Source of the DNA: Candidatus Poseidoniaceae archaeon
GTDB lineage: Archaea; Thermoplasmatota; Poseidoniia; Poseidoniales; Poseidoniaceae
DNA: 58,511 bases
NCBI GenBank assembly: GCA_965662715.1
Contig: CBFIIS010000004.1
Coordinates: 1-58,511, forward strand
Direction of reading: 5' to 3'
The position numbers and the translations under genes are program-made. The stretch's first letter is position 1. Each line of letters opens with the position of its first letter. Under the pieces are notes generated by a model. That model ran no database searches and was not told the DNA's origin. It worked only from the letters and a program-made list of their open reading frames with translations. Of this stretch, positions 35,081 through 44,402 are shown in pieces.

Positions 35081-35161
35081 GATTCAACCGCCTACGCCCT
35101 GCCCACCTGTGTTTGGTTCTTGAGGATAATCCCCTCGTTTAGTCGAGAAATCATCATTCAA

Positions 35162-38100
35162 TCATCGACTCCTACCGAGGTCGTAAATCGCACGAGATTG
35201 CGGTGCTGACCAACCTGTCTCTTGTAATTGCATCATAATGGTTCGTTCTTTATCTCCGTCATCAATAGCGGTTCGTACCCAATCTGCAGCAGACTCTCGA
35301 TCATCGGCTTGCCAGTCTTCAAAGATACTCAAGTCTACCTTGATTTTTGCCTTTCGAACCTTCGCAGAGCCTTCATCTTCTGCGCTCTCTTCTGTGCTAA
35401 CTTTGCTTGCAACTACCTTTGCAGCCGGCACCTTACTTGGTACAGAGCGGCCTCGAGCAGGCCCAGAAGGAGGCTTTGATTGAGGTGGACCAGCGCGTGG
35501 CCCTCGACCTGGTGGGCCCCCACTGGGTTTGTTTGGCGCAGCACCAGTCGGTCCTCGTGATTTCGAACGTGGAGATGGTGTCGGATTTTGCCTTGATGTG
35601 TTGGTTGTGGTGGTTGAACGAGAGGTATTGAATGACGAAGTAAACGAACCATAGTCGTCGTCATCATCCCAATCGTCGTCATCATCATCATCGTAGTCAA
35701 ATTCATCACTTCGGAACAAACGAACAATCACTGCAAAGAGAACAAGAATACCGATCAAACCGCCAATCCCTGCCAGAATGGCGACACCGGTGCTCATACC
35801 AAACAAGCCTTCCGAAGAATCATCGTCTGTTGACACAGCGATTGGACAACCGTCACCATACCCTCCATCAGCACCTGCTGGTTCATCAGGACAGTTGTCA
35901 TCGTAGTCGGCAACCCCGTCACCATCACCATCGCTTTGTGTTGGGTCGCATCCATCTGAATCTACGTATGTTTTGTACGCCGGTATTGTATCTGGACAAA
36001 GATCAGGGTTGGTACCCGATGCATTGTCACCATAACCATCCCTGTCTCTGTCTTCCCACTGGGTTGGGTTGCCTGCAAGTCCAACAGGTTCAAACAAATC
36101 TCGGTAGCCATCACCATCATCGATGCATCCGAGGAAGTCGATGTACGAAGTGCCGTTTTCAATTGGACAATCGTCGGCATCGTTGCCTTCGATATTATCG
36201 CCATAACCATCGCCGTCTTGGTCGAACCATTGAGTTGGGTCGGTGGGGAAGGCGTCACCTGCTTGGTTTTCATGAAGCCCAGATGTTGAATTGATTGTGT
36301 AAGTGTAGGCTCCTTTGTAGCCATCGCCATCAAGATCTTGGTCAAGTGCAGTTTCATCTGTGCACCCTGTTGAATCAACTGGGAAACCTGTTGGAGTGCT
36401 CGGGCATTGGTCATCAGCATCGCTTACACCATCGTCATCCGTGTCAAGTTGAGCAGTGGAACAACCATTTGCATCGACTTCGGTTTCAAGCGTCAAAGGA
36501 CACAAGTCATCTGGATCGAACACGCCATCACCATCAGAGTCTGTTTCCCGTTGAGCTGCACTGCACCCATTGGCATCGACTTCATCTTGGTATTCGGTCT
36601 GTGGACACTGATCCATGTCATTCATAACACCATCTTGGTCTTCATCGAGTTGATTTTCAGCGCATCCTGCTTGGTTGACCGTGAGCCCTTCGTCGGTGTT
36701 TGGGCACGTGTCCTGTTCATTGGAAACAAAATCTCCATCGTCATCAGTGTCATCAATGAATCGACAACCAATACCGGTTTCGCCATTCGTTGGAACAGTG
36801 CCTTCGAGAACCCCAGCAACTGTGGGGCATTCATCTGCTTGGAAGCCATCTGGGTTGTCGCCGAACCCATCACTATCGAAATCGAGCCATTGGGTTGGTT
36901 CAAGTGGGAAAGCATCGGAGGAATCTTCCCACCCATCGCCATCCAAATCTGGGCAACCGAACACAGGATTGGTTGAGTTCCCCCATACGCCAGGGCAACC
37001 ATCGAGTTCCAACCCCGCCCCGTTATTGGTCAAGTCTTCATCTGAAAGGTCGTAGAATGAAGTCCATCGATCAGGGTAGCCATCGCTATCGTTGTCAACC
37101 GCTGCTGCGATGTTATCTGGGAACATATCTGGATCTGTAGCGCCAAGTGAGTTGTTGTCACCATAACCATCACCATCTGAATCCGTCCACTGTGTCGGGT
37201 CAAGCGGCCACATATCAGCACCCATTGACTCGTTCCATTCAAGGAACGTACCAATGCCAGACGGGTCGGATGAGCCATCATTATCGGTATCTAAGCAACC
37301 ATTACGGTCTCGCCATGAGGCACCCCAATTCCAAGGACATGCGTCGCCAGTCACGGTGTCTGATTCGTTATCGCCCCAGCCATCACCATCGTAATCAGCG
37401 TATTGTGAAGGATTGAATGGGAACAAATCGCCATCGTTACTGTTTGGATCAAGTGGCGTAGCACAACAATCTGGCCCAGAATTGTCGCCATAGCCATCAC
37501 CATCAGAATCTTTGGCTTGCTTCCAATTCAGAATGAACTCATCGCCGTCATAGTAGGAGACGTCGTTGTCCGACCAACCGTCTTGATCGTCATCTCGACA
37601 ACCGAGTCGCCCCAGCCAAGAACTGCCTGAAGCGTCTGTACATCCATCATCAGTGTCAGCATAACCATCGTAATCGTAGTCAGGGCACCCGAAGGTGTAG
37701 AAGGAAGAGGTCGCTGCAACAGAGGTACAACTGTCAGCCATTGGCCCATCAGGGTTGTCACCGTAATTGTCACCGTCACTGTCACTCCATTGATTACCAA
37801 GCGATGGCAAGTCATCAACGAGGTCAAAGACAAGGTCTCTGTCTGTATCTTGGTAGATCCGCAGGACACTCACGTCATCGAGGTCATCGTCCCAAAGTCC
37901 GAGATGGATTGTACCATTGCTGTCAACTTGAGCGTTGGTTTGGCTGCCTACGGTTTTGTAACCAAAAGCCAGCGTTGACCAGGCCGTGCTGTTGTGCATT
38001 GCCGATTCTTTCGCAATTGCATTCCAAGTCAAATCCTTTCCAGAACCAGTGCTTGTCAAGAGGAGGTAGTGATCATCCATCACCACAAGGTCCCAAGCAC

Positions 38101-41100
38101 CATCCAAAGCCGATGTTGGTTGTGTGGCGAACGCCGTCCATTCACTGATGTTTGTGCGGGTGTAGAGCGAGGGCGTGGACATGTCACTTCGAACCGCAAG
38201 GGTTGGTTCACTTCCCCCGACAAGGTCGAGGTTGTACTGGCCAAGGCTCCCTAAGGGTTGATGAAGCGTTGCGCTTGTCCAATTGCTATCAGTGATGTTT
38301 CGTTCGTAAACCGAAAGAGAACCCGTCGAGGTGAGAACTGCAGCGAGGATGGTGCCATCATCTGCAACAGCAAGACGTATGTCAGAGGACAGGTCGGTAA
38401 GACCAGTAATGTTGTGAATTTCGGTGGAGGTTGAATTGATCACCCACAAGGCGAGGTTGGCATCAACGCCGTCATCGTTGATGGCAAGCACCCCTAGGGA
38501 ACCATCGTGCAAGTATGCAGCAGATTGCTGTTGTGAAACCACCGACATGAACTCGCCAGAAGCAAGCGCTGAAGGGTATTCATAGGTCCATGTCGATTCA
38601 CCGTCTGCCTGACGAGCGAGCTGAAGAGAGTCATTTGTTGCATCTCTGTAGACAAGGACTGTTTCATGATTTGTTGATTCGAGGCCTCGAGCCATCACAG
38701 ACACTGGACCATCGAGCACGAGTTGCGAGCGAACGAGCGAAGTGGTCCATCCGGTTGTTGATTCGATGGATGTGAAGAGTTGGTTTGAACCGATGGAGGC
38801 AAAGGCAAGACGTTGTTGTCCAGATGCATCCAATGTCATGCCCAGATGCTCACCAAATTGACCTGTGCTGACAATTGATTGTTCGACGGCTGTATGGCCA
38901 ACCGCTGTTCGAACCGTCAAGCCGTTTTCCCCATCAACTTGGTAGATGACAGGACGGCCAGAGGCTGTGGTGGTGAAGGCATACTTGTTGGATTGATTGC
39001 TGCTTTCAATCACCATGGTGTCGCTCCAAACGCCTGCTGGTGTGGCATCATCGACATGTTCAATGAAATGTGAAGCATTGTTGGCAAACGTCACAAACAT
39101 GCTTGTTTCTCCACGGGCCGAAGTGCTGAGATCAAGTTGTGTGAGGCTGGAGGTGTAAGCGAAGGAGGAAGATTCCCAATCCCTTTCAGAGTGGACCTGG
39201 TAAACGATGGTTGGCGAGGTTGTCGTTGTGTCTCGACAACTGAGGACAATCTCACTTAGACCATCGCCGTCCAAGTCTCCAAGTGTGGCAGCAATAAGGC
39301 CAATGTTGTCGCCAGTTTGACCTGTTGCGAGCAATTCCCAATCTGAGCGAAGTCCGATTGAAGAGCCGAGAATGAGTTCGACTTGACCGCTCTTTCCGGG
39401 GTTGGCTTGCATGATCAGCACGTCATCATAGCCGTCTTCATTGACATCGCCGGCTGGTTCAAAAGTTCGACCAAGCACGGCATTTGCAACACCTGACTCG
39501 AGTGCATAATCGGGCTCTGCTGAAGTGATCCCTCCCGCTGTGCCATAATACGCCCAAATCTTGCCGCTGCGGTATCCGCTCCCGTTGAAGGGTTCTCCAA
39601 ACATGAAATCATCATAGCCATCGGCGTTGACGTCACCAAGGTAATTCAGCGACCAGCCAAGCAGTTTTCCTTGGAGGTTTGACTGAATGATTTGGTCACT
39701 TGTGCCGTTGTAACCCGTGGACTGACCAAAGAAAATTTCAATCGCTGAGTAGCCAAGTGGATTGTCGAAACTGCCCGTATTGGCGACCAGTAAGTCACTC
39801 ATGCCATCCCCATTGAGGTCACCGTTCGCTGCAATGGTTTGACCAAAGCGTGGCCCATCGGTGGACTGAGTGATGTTTCGGACAAAGTCAAGTCCTGATG
39901 CGTTGCCACTGTAAATGATGACTTTTCCTTTGTGTTGAATGGCATTTGTGACCTGTTGAGTATGCCGATATGCCACAGCGACCAAATCGGCCATTGAATC
40001 CCCATTCATGGTTTGTGACGCAGTAAGTGCCCAGCCAAGCGATGTGTTATCCTCGCCAGTCGCATTCCACCACGATATGTTCTCCAAACCTGATGCACTC
40101 CCTAGGTGAACCACAACTTGGCCAGGAGCTCCTGTGAAGTTGCCTTCTGTATCATTCCATCCAGGCGAACCAATGGCAACATCTGCGTAACCATCACCGT
40201 TGAAATCAGCCACAGAAAGTCCATGGCCAAACAAAGCGTCATCCGTTTCACCAGCAAGGGTGACATCAGCAGCCAGTGCAGGGCCGCTTGCTGAACCATA
40301 GTGAATAAGAACACGGCCTCTTTGCAAACCGTCACCATCGTACTCAGGTTCTGCAATCACAAGATCGTCAAATCCATCCCCGTTCAAATCACCCATGTTC
40401 ATCGAACCTTCTTCGATACCCTGAGCACCAATGATGGTTGTCGAGGGTGCAGGATTGATTCGGCCTGTCTCTTGACCTGACAAACTGCGAAGCAACTGCA
40501 GTGTGATGTTGTTGTCCTGGCCGACTGTGGTCACAATTTGTTCCAAATTATTTCCGTCGAGCCCCATCCCGATGTGGGGAACAACATTTGAGTCACGTAG
40601 TAACACTCTGTGGTCATATGTTGTCCCGTCGACGCGAATTAGACGTATCTCTCCTTCATCTGGTACGGCGTAAGCGATATGGACGACTTCATCTGTATCA
40701 ACTGCGAGTTCAATATCTCTGCTCACAGGTCCTGAATCAAGCAATGCATGTGACCAACGTGTGCCACTGAATGTAATCTCCCACAATGAGCCATTGGTGT
40801 CCCTGAACACACCCCATTCGAGATCGTTTTGTCGCAGGCCAAGTCGGAAATCTGTAGGGTTGACGTCTTCCACGATTGTCCGTGTCAACCACGTAGTTTC
40901 GAAGTACACTTGACCAGCATAGGCCACCCTTGCCACCTTGATATCAGGTCCATCAGCATACATCATGTACGGACGAGCATTTTCACCGATCGCCAAGGAG
41001 CAATCGACAAGGTGTGTTTCTGGGGTTGGCGCAACGGTGTCAACAAGGGCATCATTCCAACTTCCATTGGAAGATTGCGTTGCGTAGTGCACTTCTCCTT

Positions 41101-41455
41101 CTGCGGTGGTCCAGCAAAGATTGACATTTTCTCTGCGAGCAAGCACAAGGTCTGGTGTACCCGGTGTTGAGTTTTCAAACAAGGAATCAGATGATTCAAT
41201 CCAAGTGTTGAGGCCAGATTCTTCCCGAACCACACCTTGAACCAAACCATCAAAATCGATTTGAGTTCCAGAGAAATCGTGTCCATATCCACTTGAAAAA
41301 GGCACATGCGCACTTGTTTGCAAAACATCTTGCTGCTCATTTAGTGTCGTTGTGGACCAATCATGAGTTGCCATTGGACTCATTGACTGAATCAAAAATA
41401 GGACCAAAATTGTCAGCGCAATTGTAGGAAATGAGACACTGCGCTTTGCGGCCAT
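35162..41455 (-). CDS. Giant (2097 aa) integrin-like surface protein
   Basis: Single 6.3-kb ORF with an ATG start. Signal (FPTIALTILVLFLIQSMSPMA), beta-rich W-containing repeats, FG-GAP propeller repeats, about 670 aa of TSP3-like repeats, TM GVAILAGIGGLIGILVLFAVIV (nt about 35723-35788), then a 186-aa tail (DEFDYDDDDDDDWDDDDDYG, a Pro/Arg/Lys-rich stretch, and a helical end). Confidence 0.85.
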   Translation of the reverse strand: MAAKRSVSFPTIALTILVLFLIQSMSPMATHDWSTTTLNEQQDVLQTSAHVPFSSGYGHDFSGTQIDFDGLVQGVVREESGLNTWIESSDSLFENSTPGTPDLVLARRENVNLCWTTAEGEVHYATQSSNGSWNDALVDTVAPTPETHLVDCSLAIGENARPYMMYADGPDIKVARVAYAGQVYFETTWLTRTIVEDVNPTDFRLGLRQNDLEWGVFRDTNGSLWEITFSGTRWSHALLDSGPVSRDIELAVDTDEVVHIAYAVPDEGEIRLIRVDGTTYDHRVLLRDSNVVPHIGMGLDGNNLEQIVTTVGQDNNITLQLLRSLSGQETGRINPAPSTTIIGAQGIEEGSMNMGDLNGDGFDDLVIAEPEYDGDGLQRGRVLIHYGSASGPALAADVTLAGETDDALFGHGLSVADFNGDGYADVAIGSPGWNDTEGNFTGAPGQVVVHLGSASGLENISWWNATGEDNTSLGWALTASQTMNGDSMADLVAVAYRHTQQVTNAIQHKGKVIIYSGNASGLDFVRNITQSTDGPRFGQTIAANGDLNGDGMSDLLVANTGSFDNPLGYSAIEIFFGQSTGYNGTSDQIIQSNLQGKLLGWSLNYLGDVNADGYDDFMFGEPFNGSGYRSGKIWAYYGTAGGITSAEPDYALESGVANAVLGRTFEPAGDVNEDGYDDVLIMQANPGKSGQVELILGSSIGLRSDWELLATGQTGDNIGLIAATLGDLDGDGLSEIVLSCRDTTTTSPTIVYQVHSERDWESSSFAYTSSLTQLDLSTSARGETSMFVTFANNASHFIEHVDDATPAGVWSDTMVIESSNQSNKYAFTTTASGRPVIYQVDGENGLTVRTAVGHTAVEQSIVSTGQFGEHLGMTLDASGQQRLAFASIGSNQLFTSIESTTGWTTSLVRSQLVLDGPVSVMARGLESTNHETVLVYRDATNDSLQLARQADGESTWTYEYPSALASGEFMSVVSQQQSAAYLHDGSLGVLAINDDGVDANLALWVINSTSTEIHNITGLTDLSSDIRLAVADDGTILAAVLTSTGSLSVYERNITDSNWTSATLHQPLGSLGQYNLDLVGGSEPTLAVRSDMSTPSLYTRTNISEWTAFATQPTSALDGAWDLVVMDDHYLLLTSTGSGKDLTWNAIAKESAMHNSTAWSTLAFGYKTVGSQTNAQVDSNGTIHLGLWDDDLDDVSVLRIYQDTDRDLVFDLVDDLPSLGNQWSDSDGDNYGDNPDGPMADSCTSVAATSSFYTFGCPDYDYDGYADTDDGCTDASGSSWLGRLGCRDDDQDGWSDNDVSYYDGDEFILNWKQAKDSDGDGYGDNSGPDCCATPLDPNSNDGDLFPFNPSQYADYDGDGWGDNESDTVTGDACPWNWGASWRDRNGCLDTDNDGSSDPSGIGTFLEWNESMGADMWPLDPTQWTDSDGDGYGDNNSLGATDPDMFPDNIAAAVDNDSDGYPDRWTSFYDLSDEDLTNNGAGLELDGCPGVWGNSTNPVFGCPDLDGDGWEDSSDAFPLEPTQWLDFDSDGFGDNPDGFQADECPTVAGVLEGTVPTNGETGIGCRFIDDTDDDGDFVSNEQDTCPNTDEGLTVNQAGCAENQLDEDQDGVMNDMDQCPQTEYQDEVDANGCSAAQRETDSDGDGVFDPDDLCPLTLETEVDANGCSTAQLDTDDDGVSDADDQCPSTPTGFPVDSTGCTDETALDQDLDGDGYKGAYTYTINSTSGLHENQAGDAFPTDPTQWFDQDGDGYGDNIEGNDADDCPIENGTSYIDFLGCIDDGDGYRDLFEPVGLAGNPTQWEDRDRDGYGDNASGTNPDLCPDTIPAYKTYVDSDGCDPTQSDGDGDGVADYDDNCPDEPAGADGGYGDGCPIAVSTDDDSSEGLFGMSTGVAILAGIGGLIGILVLFAVIVRLFRSDEFDYDDDDDDDWDDDDDYGSFTSSFNTSRSTTTTNTSRQNPTPSPRSKSRGPTGAAPNKPSGGPPGRGPRAGPPQSKPPSGPARGRSVPSKVPAAKVVASKVSTEESAEDEGSAKVRKAKIKVDLSIFEDWQADDRESAADWVRTAIDDGDKERTIMMQLQETGWSAPQSRAIYDLGRSR
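35846..37849 (-). repeat. Thrombospondin type-3-like Ca-binding repeat array (approximate bounds)
   Basis: Dozens of Dx[DN]xDGxxDxxD units: QWSDSDGDNYGDN, DSDGDGYGDN, DYDGDGWGDN, DTDNDGSSD, DLDGDGWEDSSD, DFDSDGFGDN, DEDQDGVMNDMDQCP, DSDGDGVFDPDDLCP, DTDDDGVSDADDQCP, DQDGDGYGDN, DGDGDGVADYDDNCP. Confidence 0.8.
39221..40423 (-). repeat. FG-GAP (integrin alpha-type) repeats, at least 6 units (approximate bounds)
   Basis: MGDLNGDGFDDLVIAEP, VADFNGDGYADVAIGSPG, NGDSMADLVAVA, NGDLNGDGMSDLLVAN, LGDVNADGYDDFMFGEP, AGDVNEDGYDDVLI, LGDLDGDGLSEIVLS. Each is spaced by G.V.....G stretches. Confidence 0.75.
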
Positions 41456-41456
41456 A

Positions 41457-41526
41457 GCGTCATGACGCCCCCCCTCCTTGAAAACGCTTGTCGAAAAAAG
41501 TTCATCATGACCCCCGTAGGGGGTCA
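41457..41526. promoter_or_regulatory. Two perfect palindromes sharing a TCATGAC core in the divergent intergenic region between giant gene B and the thiamine pyrophosphokinase gene
   Basis: GCGTCATGACGC (41457-41468, a 12-nt perfect palindrome starting 2 nt from the giant gene ATG) and TGACCCCCGTAGGGGGTCA (41508-41526, 8-bp arms with a 3-nt centre). The TCATGAC cores are 45 bp apart. Confidence 0.35.
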
Positions 41527-41589
41527 GCCTCGCTCTGCGGAAGAACCTTTTTTCAAGACAGAGAAGTTGACAAAAGAGAACCTTGTGCT

Positions 41590-42228
41590 ATGGCCATGAA
41601 CGGGGGCCATTGGCTTATTTGCGCTGATGGAAGGTGGCCAATTCCAAGCGTGCGAAAGCCACTTTTTGAACGGGCTGACGTTGTTGTAGCCTGTGATGGA
41701 GCTTACGATCAATGCCTTGAGCACGGTATCGTGGCACATGTGGTTCTTGGTGACATGGATAGCGTCGAAAACACGGAGGAAACTTCTGGAACACTTTGGG
41801 TGCACAAAACCAGTCAAGAGAAAAGTGATCTGTCAAAGGCGTTTGAATACGCTCAAGAGCATGATGCAGAAATGATTGATGTCATCGGGGTAGAAGGAGG
41901 GGCGCTCGGCCACAAAATCGCTCCTCTTTTCGCCCTCTATGATGCTCCATCGAACACCACACTTCATCTTGACCAAGGACGGGTTCTTTGTGTGAGAAAT
42001 TCATCAACAGCAATTGATTCTATAGAAATTGGAAGTTGCGTTTCACTGTTTGCATTAGGTCCTGCACATGGCGTTTTTTTGAGGGGTTGTCAATGGAGCC
42101 TCAATGGGGAAACGTTACAGCCGGGAACACATGGACTCAACAACAAAGCAACACAATCAACCATTGAATTGACAGTCGAAGAAGGCGCTGTTCTTCTTTG
42201 TATTGAGCCAATCAAAGTGGACCCTTAG
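41590..42228 (+). CDS. Thiamine pyrophosphokinase
   Basis: WLICADG, VVACDGAYD, VLGDMDSV, EKSDLSKAFEYA, DVIGVEGGALGH. The ATG at 41590 is preferred; the track start at 41488 is a TTG lying over intergenic palindromes. The 3' end overlaps the convergent DUF4105 gene by 17 nt. Confidence 0.75.
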   Translation: MAMNGGHWLICADGRWPIPSVRKPLFERADVVVACDGAYDQCLEHGIVAHVVLGDMDSVENTEETSGTLWVHKTSQEKSDLSKAFEYAQEHDAEMIDVIGVEGGALGHKIAPLFALYDAPSNTTLHLDQGRVLCVRNSSTAIDSIEIGSCVSLFALGPAHGVFLRGCQWSLNGETLQPGTHGLNNKATQSTIELTVEEGAVLLCIEPIKVDP

Positions 42229-43078
42229 GCAGGTAGTCCCGAAGCATTGTGGAATAGTCACCTTCGCCATCCCAGCCCAGTGTATGTTCGTCAACTCGTG
42301 CTCGCTCCAATGTTTGTTCAAAACCACCCCAATCTTCGATCAAACCAAGGTTGTAAGCCGCACGCGGCGTGTAACCGGGAAAGAAATTGCGCCAAGTGAA
42401 TGGGACTCGCCCAGGCGTAATCTTGTTCACCATACCAACGATTGAAGTGTTGCAGGTGGTCAAGAACGAATGGTACCACTCGCCTTTGAGCGACAAGGCA
42501 TTTGCTTTGTTGGTCAATGCGTGAAGAAGTGCTTTCTCCTTGCCAGGTGGCGTGATTCCACGGAACATGTAATCCTTGTTCCCTCTCGCATTTGTTCTCA
42601 GGCCCAAAAGATCCCGTTCATAGCCGACGAGGAGATACAATTCGTAATGGCGCCAAAAACCCGGCCACGGGTGGTATCGCTGCCCCTTACGTCGTCGCGC
42701 TTCAAAGGAAAACGACAGGCAGGTCCCATCATTGAATTCGAAGGTCAAGAACGTGTGGGCCATACCGTGAACCTTGTGAAAGTGATCAACAACGAACCAT
42801 ACGTCTTTGATTTCGTCTGCCCTTACATCGAGCGTATCATCCCATGATTCATCTCGGTCACGGGTCGTTCTCCAGAAAAAATCTCTCACATTTTTGAACC
42901 GAATCGCATCACCATCGATCTCAGCTGACGTTGTTCGTTCGCAATCAGAGTTCCAATCGTCTTCCAATTGAGGTACTCGAGGGCGGACGCGTACCATCCA
43001 AATGAGGATTGAAAGGCCTAGAAAAGCGATAATGGTCGTTGCGGCATATCCTAAAACAGTCAACCAACTGAGCGCCAT
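42212..43078 (-). CDS. DUF4105-family membrane protein (N-terminal TM plus exoplasmic domain)
   Basis: The ATG at 43078 sits 4 nt after the upstream stop. TM LTVLGYAATTIIAFLGLSILIW. Family-like motifs: GMAHTFLTFEF (compare GHTFLRF), YERDLLGL, WYHSFLTTCNTSIV (compare YYFFxxNC[ST]). Confidence 0.7.
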   Translation of the reverse strand: MALSWLTVLGYAATTIIAFLGLSILIWMVRVRPRVPQLEDDWNSDCERTTSAEIDGDAIRFKNVRDFFWRTTRDRDESWDDTLDVRADEIKDVWFVVDHFHKVHGMAHTFLTFEFNDGTCLSFSFEARRRKGQRYHPWPGFWRHYELYLLVGYERDLLGLRTNARGNKDYMFRGITPPGKEKALLHALTNKANALSLKGEWYHSFLTTCNTSIVGMVNKITPGRVPFTWRNFFPGYTPRAAYNLGLIEDWGGFEQTLERARVDEHTLGWDGEGDYSTMLRDYLPKGPL

Positions 43079-43082
43079 CGTT

Positions 43083-44402
43083 TCACCACTTATGCCAAAT
43101 GCGTAGGTCTTGGTCCCACCAATCCATTGAACCGTCAGGTTGTTGTCGCCAGAGGGTTCCACTGTCATCTGTTGTTGTTGGCATCCCTTCTGGATCTGGA
43201 GAACCGTCTGGGAGAATTGTTGGGGTTGGACCTAATGACCTAATGCCAGTCATCTCCTCTTCATCTTTGACCCGTACAAGCATGAAAAACACAATGATGG
43301 CAACGATGAAGCCCAAAGCGCCAATCGAGTACCACCCTACGGACTCAGTTTCCGTATCTTCACCAAAGGAACGGCTTGGAAGGGTTTCTGCTTCCTCTTT
43401 GGTTAAATCTTCTCCGGGTTGCCTGATCAAATTAAGACCGTGAACGGTTCGAATCTGCTCATTGTTAATCACTTCAAGACTGATGAGGTGGACTCCTGCT
43501 GGAAGAACTGAACAATCGTAAGAATTGCTGTCAGTGCCGTCCAATTGTTGGCCTTGAACCGACCAGATTTTGTCAAAGGTTGAGAAATCCACACCCGCCA
43601 TATTTGGAACCATAGTGACCATACAAGGCGTATCTGTCGTGTTTCCGTCACCACGTACAGTCAGAGAGAATGCAGGGGCAGGCCTGTTGTGAATCGTGAT
43701 GTTAAGCCAAGATTCGGTGGTTTGGCCCAAATCGTTTCGATACGCTTCCTTCAGCACGTATTCACCAGCGGGCCAATGTGAACAATTGAGTGAAGTTTGA
43801 TTGTCAAGCACGGTAAAAGGTGCTCCGGAGAAGGTTCGAACCCCTGCAGCGGCATAGCGAGGTCCTGTTTCATCCGCAAAGATTCGGTCTATGGTGCAGG
43901 CATCTCCAGTCTCAATCCATGCAGGGGCTTCAAGGTCCAGAATAATTTGAGGCGTCTTCAATGCAGGCCGAAGAACATAGGTTGGCAATTGAATCGTCGT
44001 GATGGTTTCGCCATCTTGATTGACAATCTCGAGTCGAAGAGCGTGTTCACCTTGGGCCCATGCATCATAGATGATGCTGGCGTTTGATTGACCACTAAAT
44101 GACATTGTGCGGCTGTCATGAACTTCTCTGTCTTTGTGAACACCATACAAACGCAGTTCGATGTTGGTGTATTCATTGGTCGTGTTCATGATCACTACGA
44201 CACGAATGGCATCAGCATCACCGTCTTGGTTGAGGTCGAGGGTGTCGTTTCGTAGAGCAATCAAAGCCAATCCTTCAGCTTCGAGTGCTTCATCAGATGA
44301 GCTCGGTTCCGCCGATGCAGGTCCAGTCATGCCGATGGGTGCCATCATGGCCAAGCAAAGAATGCTCAGCATGAGAAGGCTGTTTCGATGTGCTTCAATC
44401 AT
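43083..44402 (-). CDS. Secreted Ig-like-fold surface protein (439 aa) with a C-terminal TM anchor and a Trp-rich cytoplasmic tail
   Basis: Signal peptide LLMLSILCLAMMAPIGMTGPASA, a beta-rich body with NxS/T sequons, TM WYSIGALGFIVAIIVFFMLV, and tail ...PDGSMDWWDQDLRIWHKW. Its start overlaps the upstream stop (ATGATTGA). Confidence 0.7.
   Translation of the reverse strand: MIEAHRNSLLMLSILCLAMMAPIGMTGPASAEPSSSDEALEAEGLALIALRNDTLDLNQDGDADAIRVVVIMNTTNEYTNIELRLYGVHKDREVHDSRTMSFSGQSNASIIYDAWAQGEHALRLEIVNQDGETITTIQLPTYVLRPALKTPQIILDLEAPAWIETGDACTIDRIFADETGPRYAAAGVRTFSGAPFTVLDNQTSLNCSHWPAGEYVLKEAYRNDLGQTTESWLNITIHNRPAPAFSLTVRGDGNTTDTPCMVTMVPNMAGVDFSTFDKIWSVQGQQLDGTDSNSYDCSVLPAGVHLISLEVINNEQIRTVHGLNLIRQPGEDLTKEEAETLPSRSFGEDTETESVGWYSIGALGFIVAIIVFFMLVRVKDEEEMTGIRSLGPTPTILPDGSPDPEGMPTTTDDSGTLWRQQPDGSMDWWDQDLRIWHKW

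Noticed and set aside
41456-41589. A TPP riboswitch upstream of the thiamine pyrophosphokinase gene
   Set aside because: I looked for the conserved CUGAGA and ACCUGAUCUGGAUAAUGCCAGCG-like elements and found none. The region contains only the two palindromes reported above.
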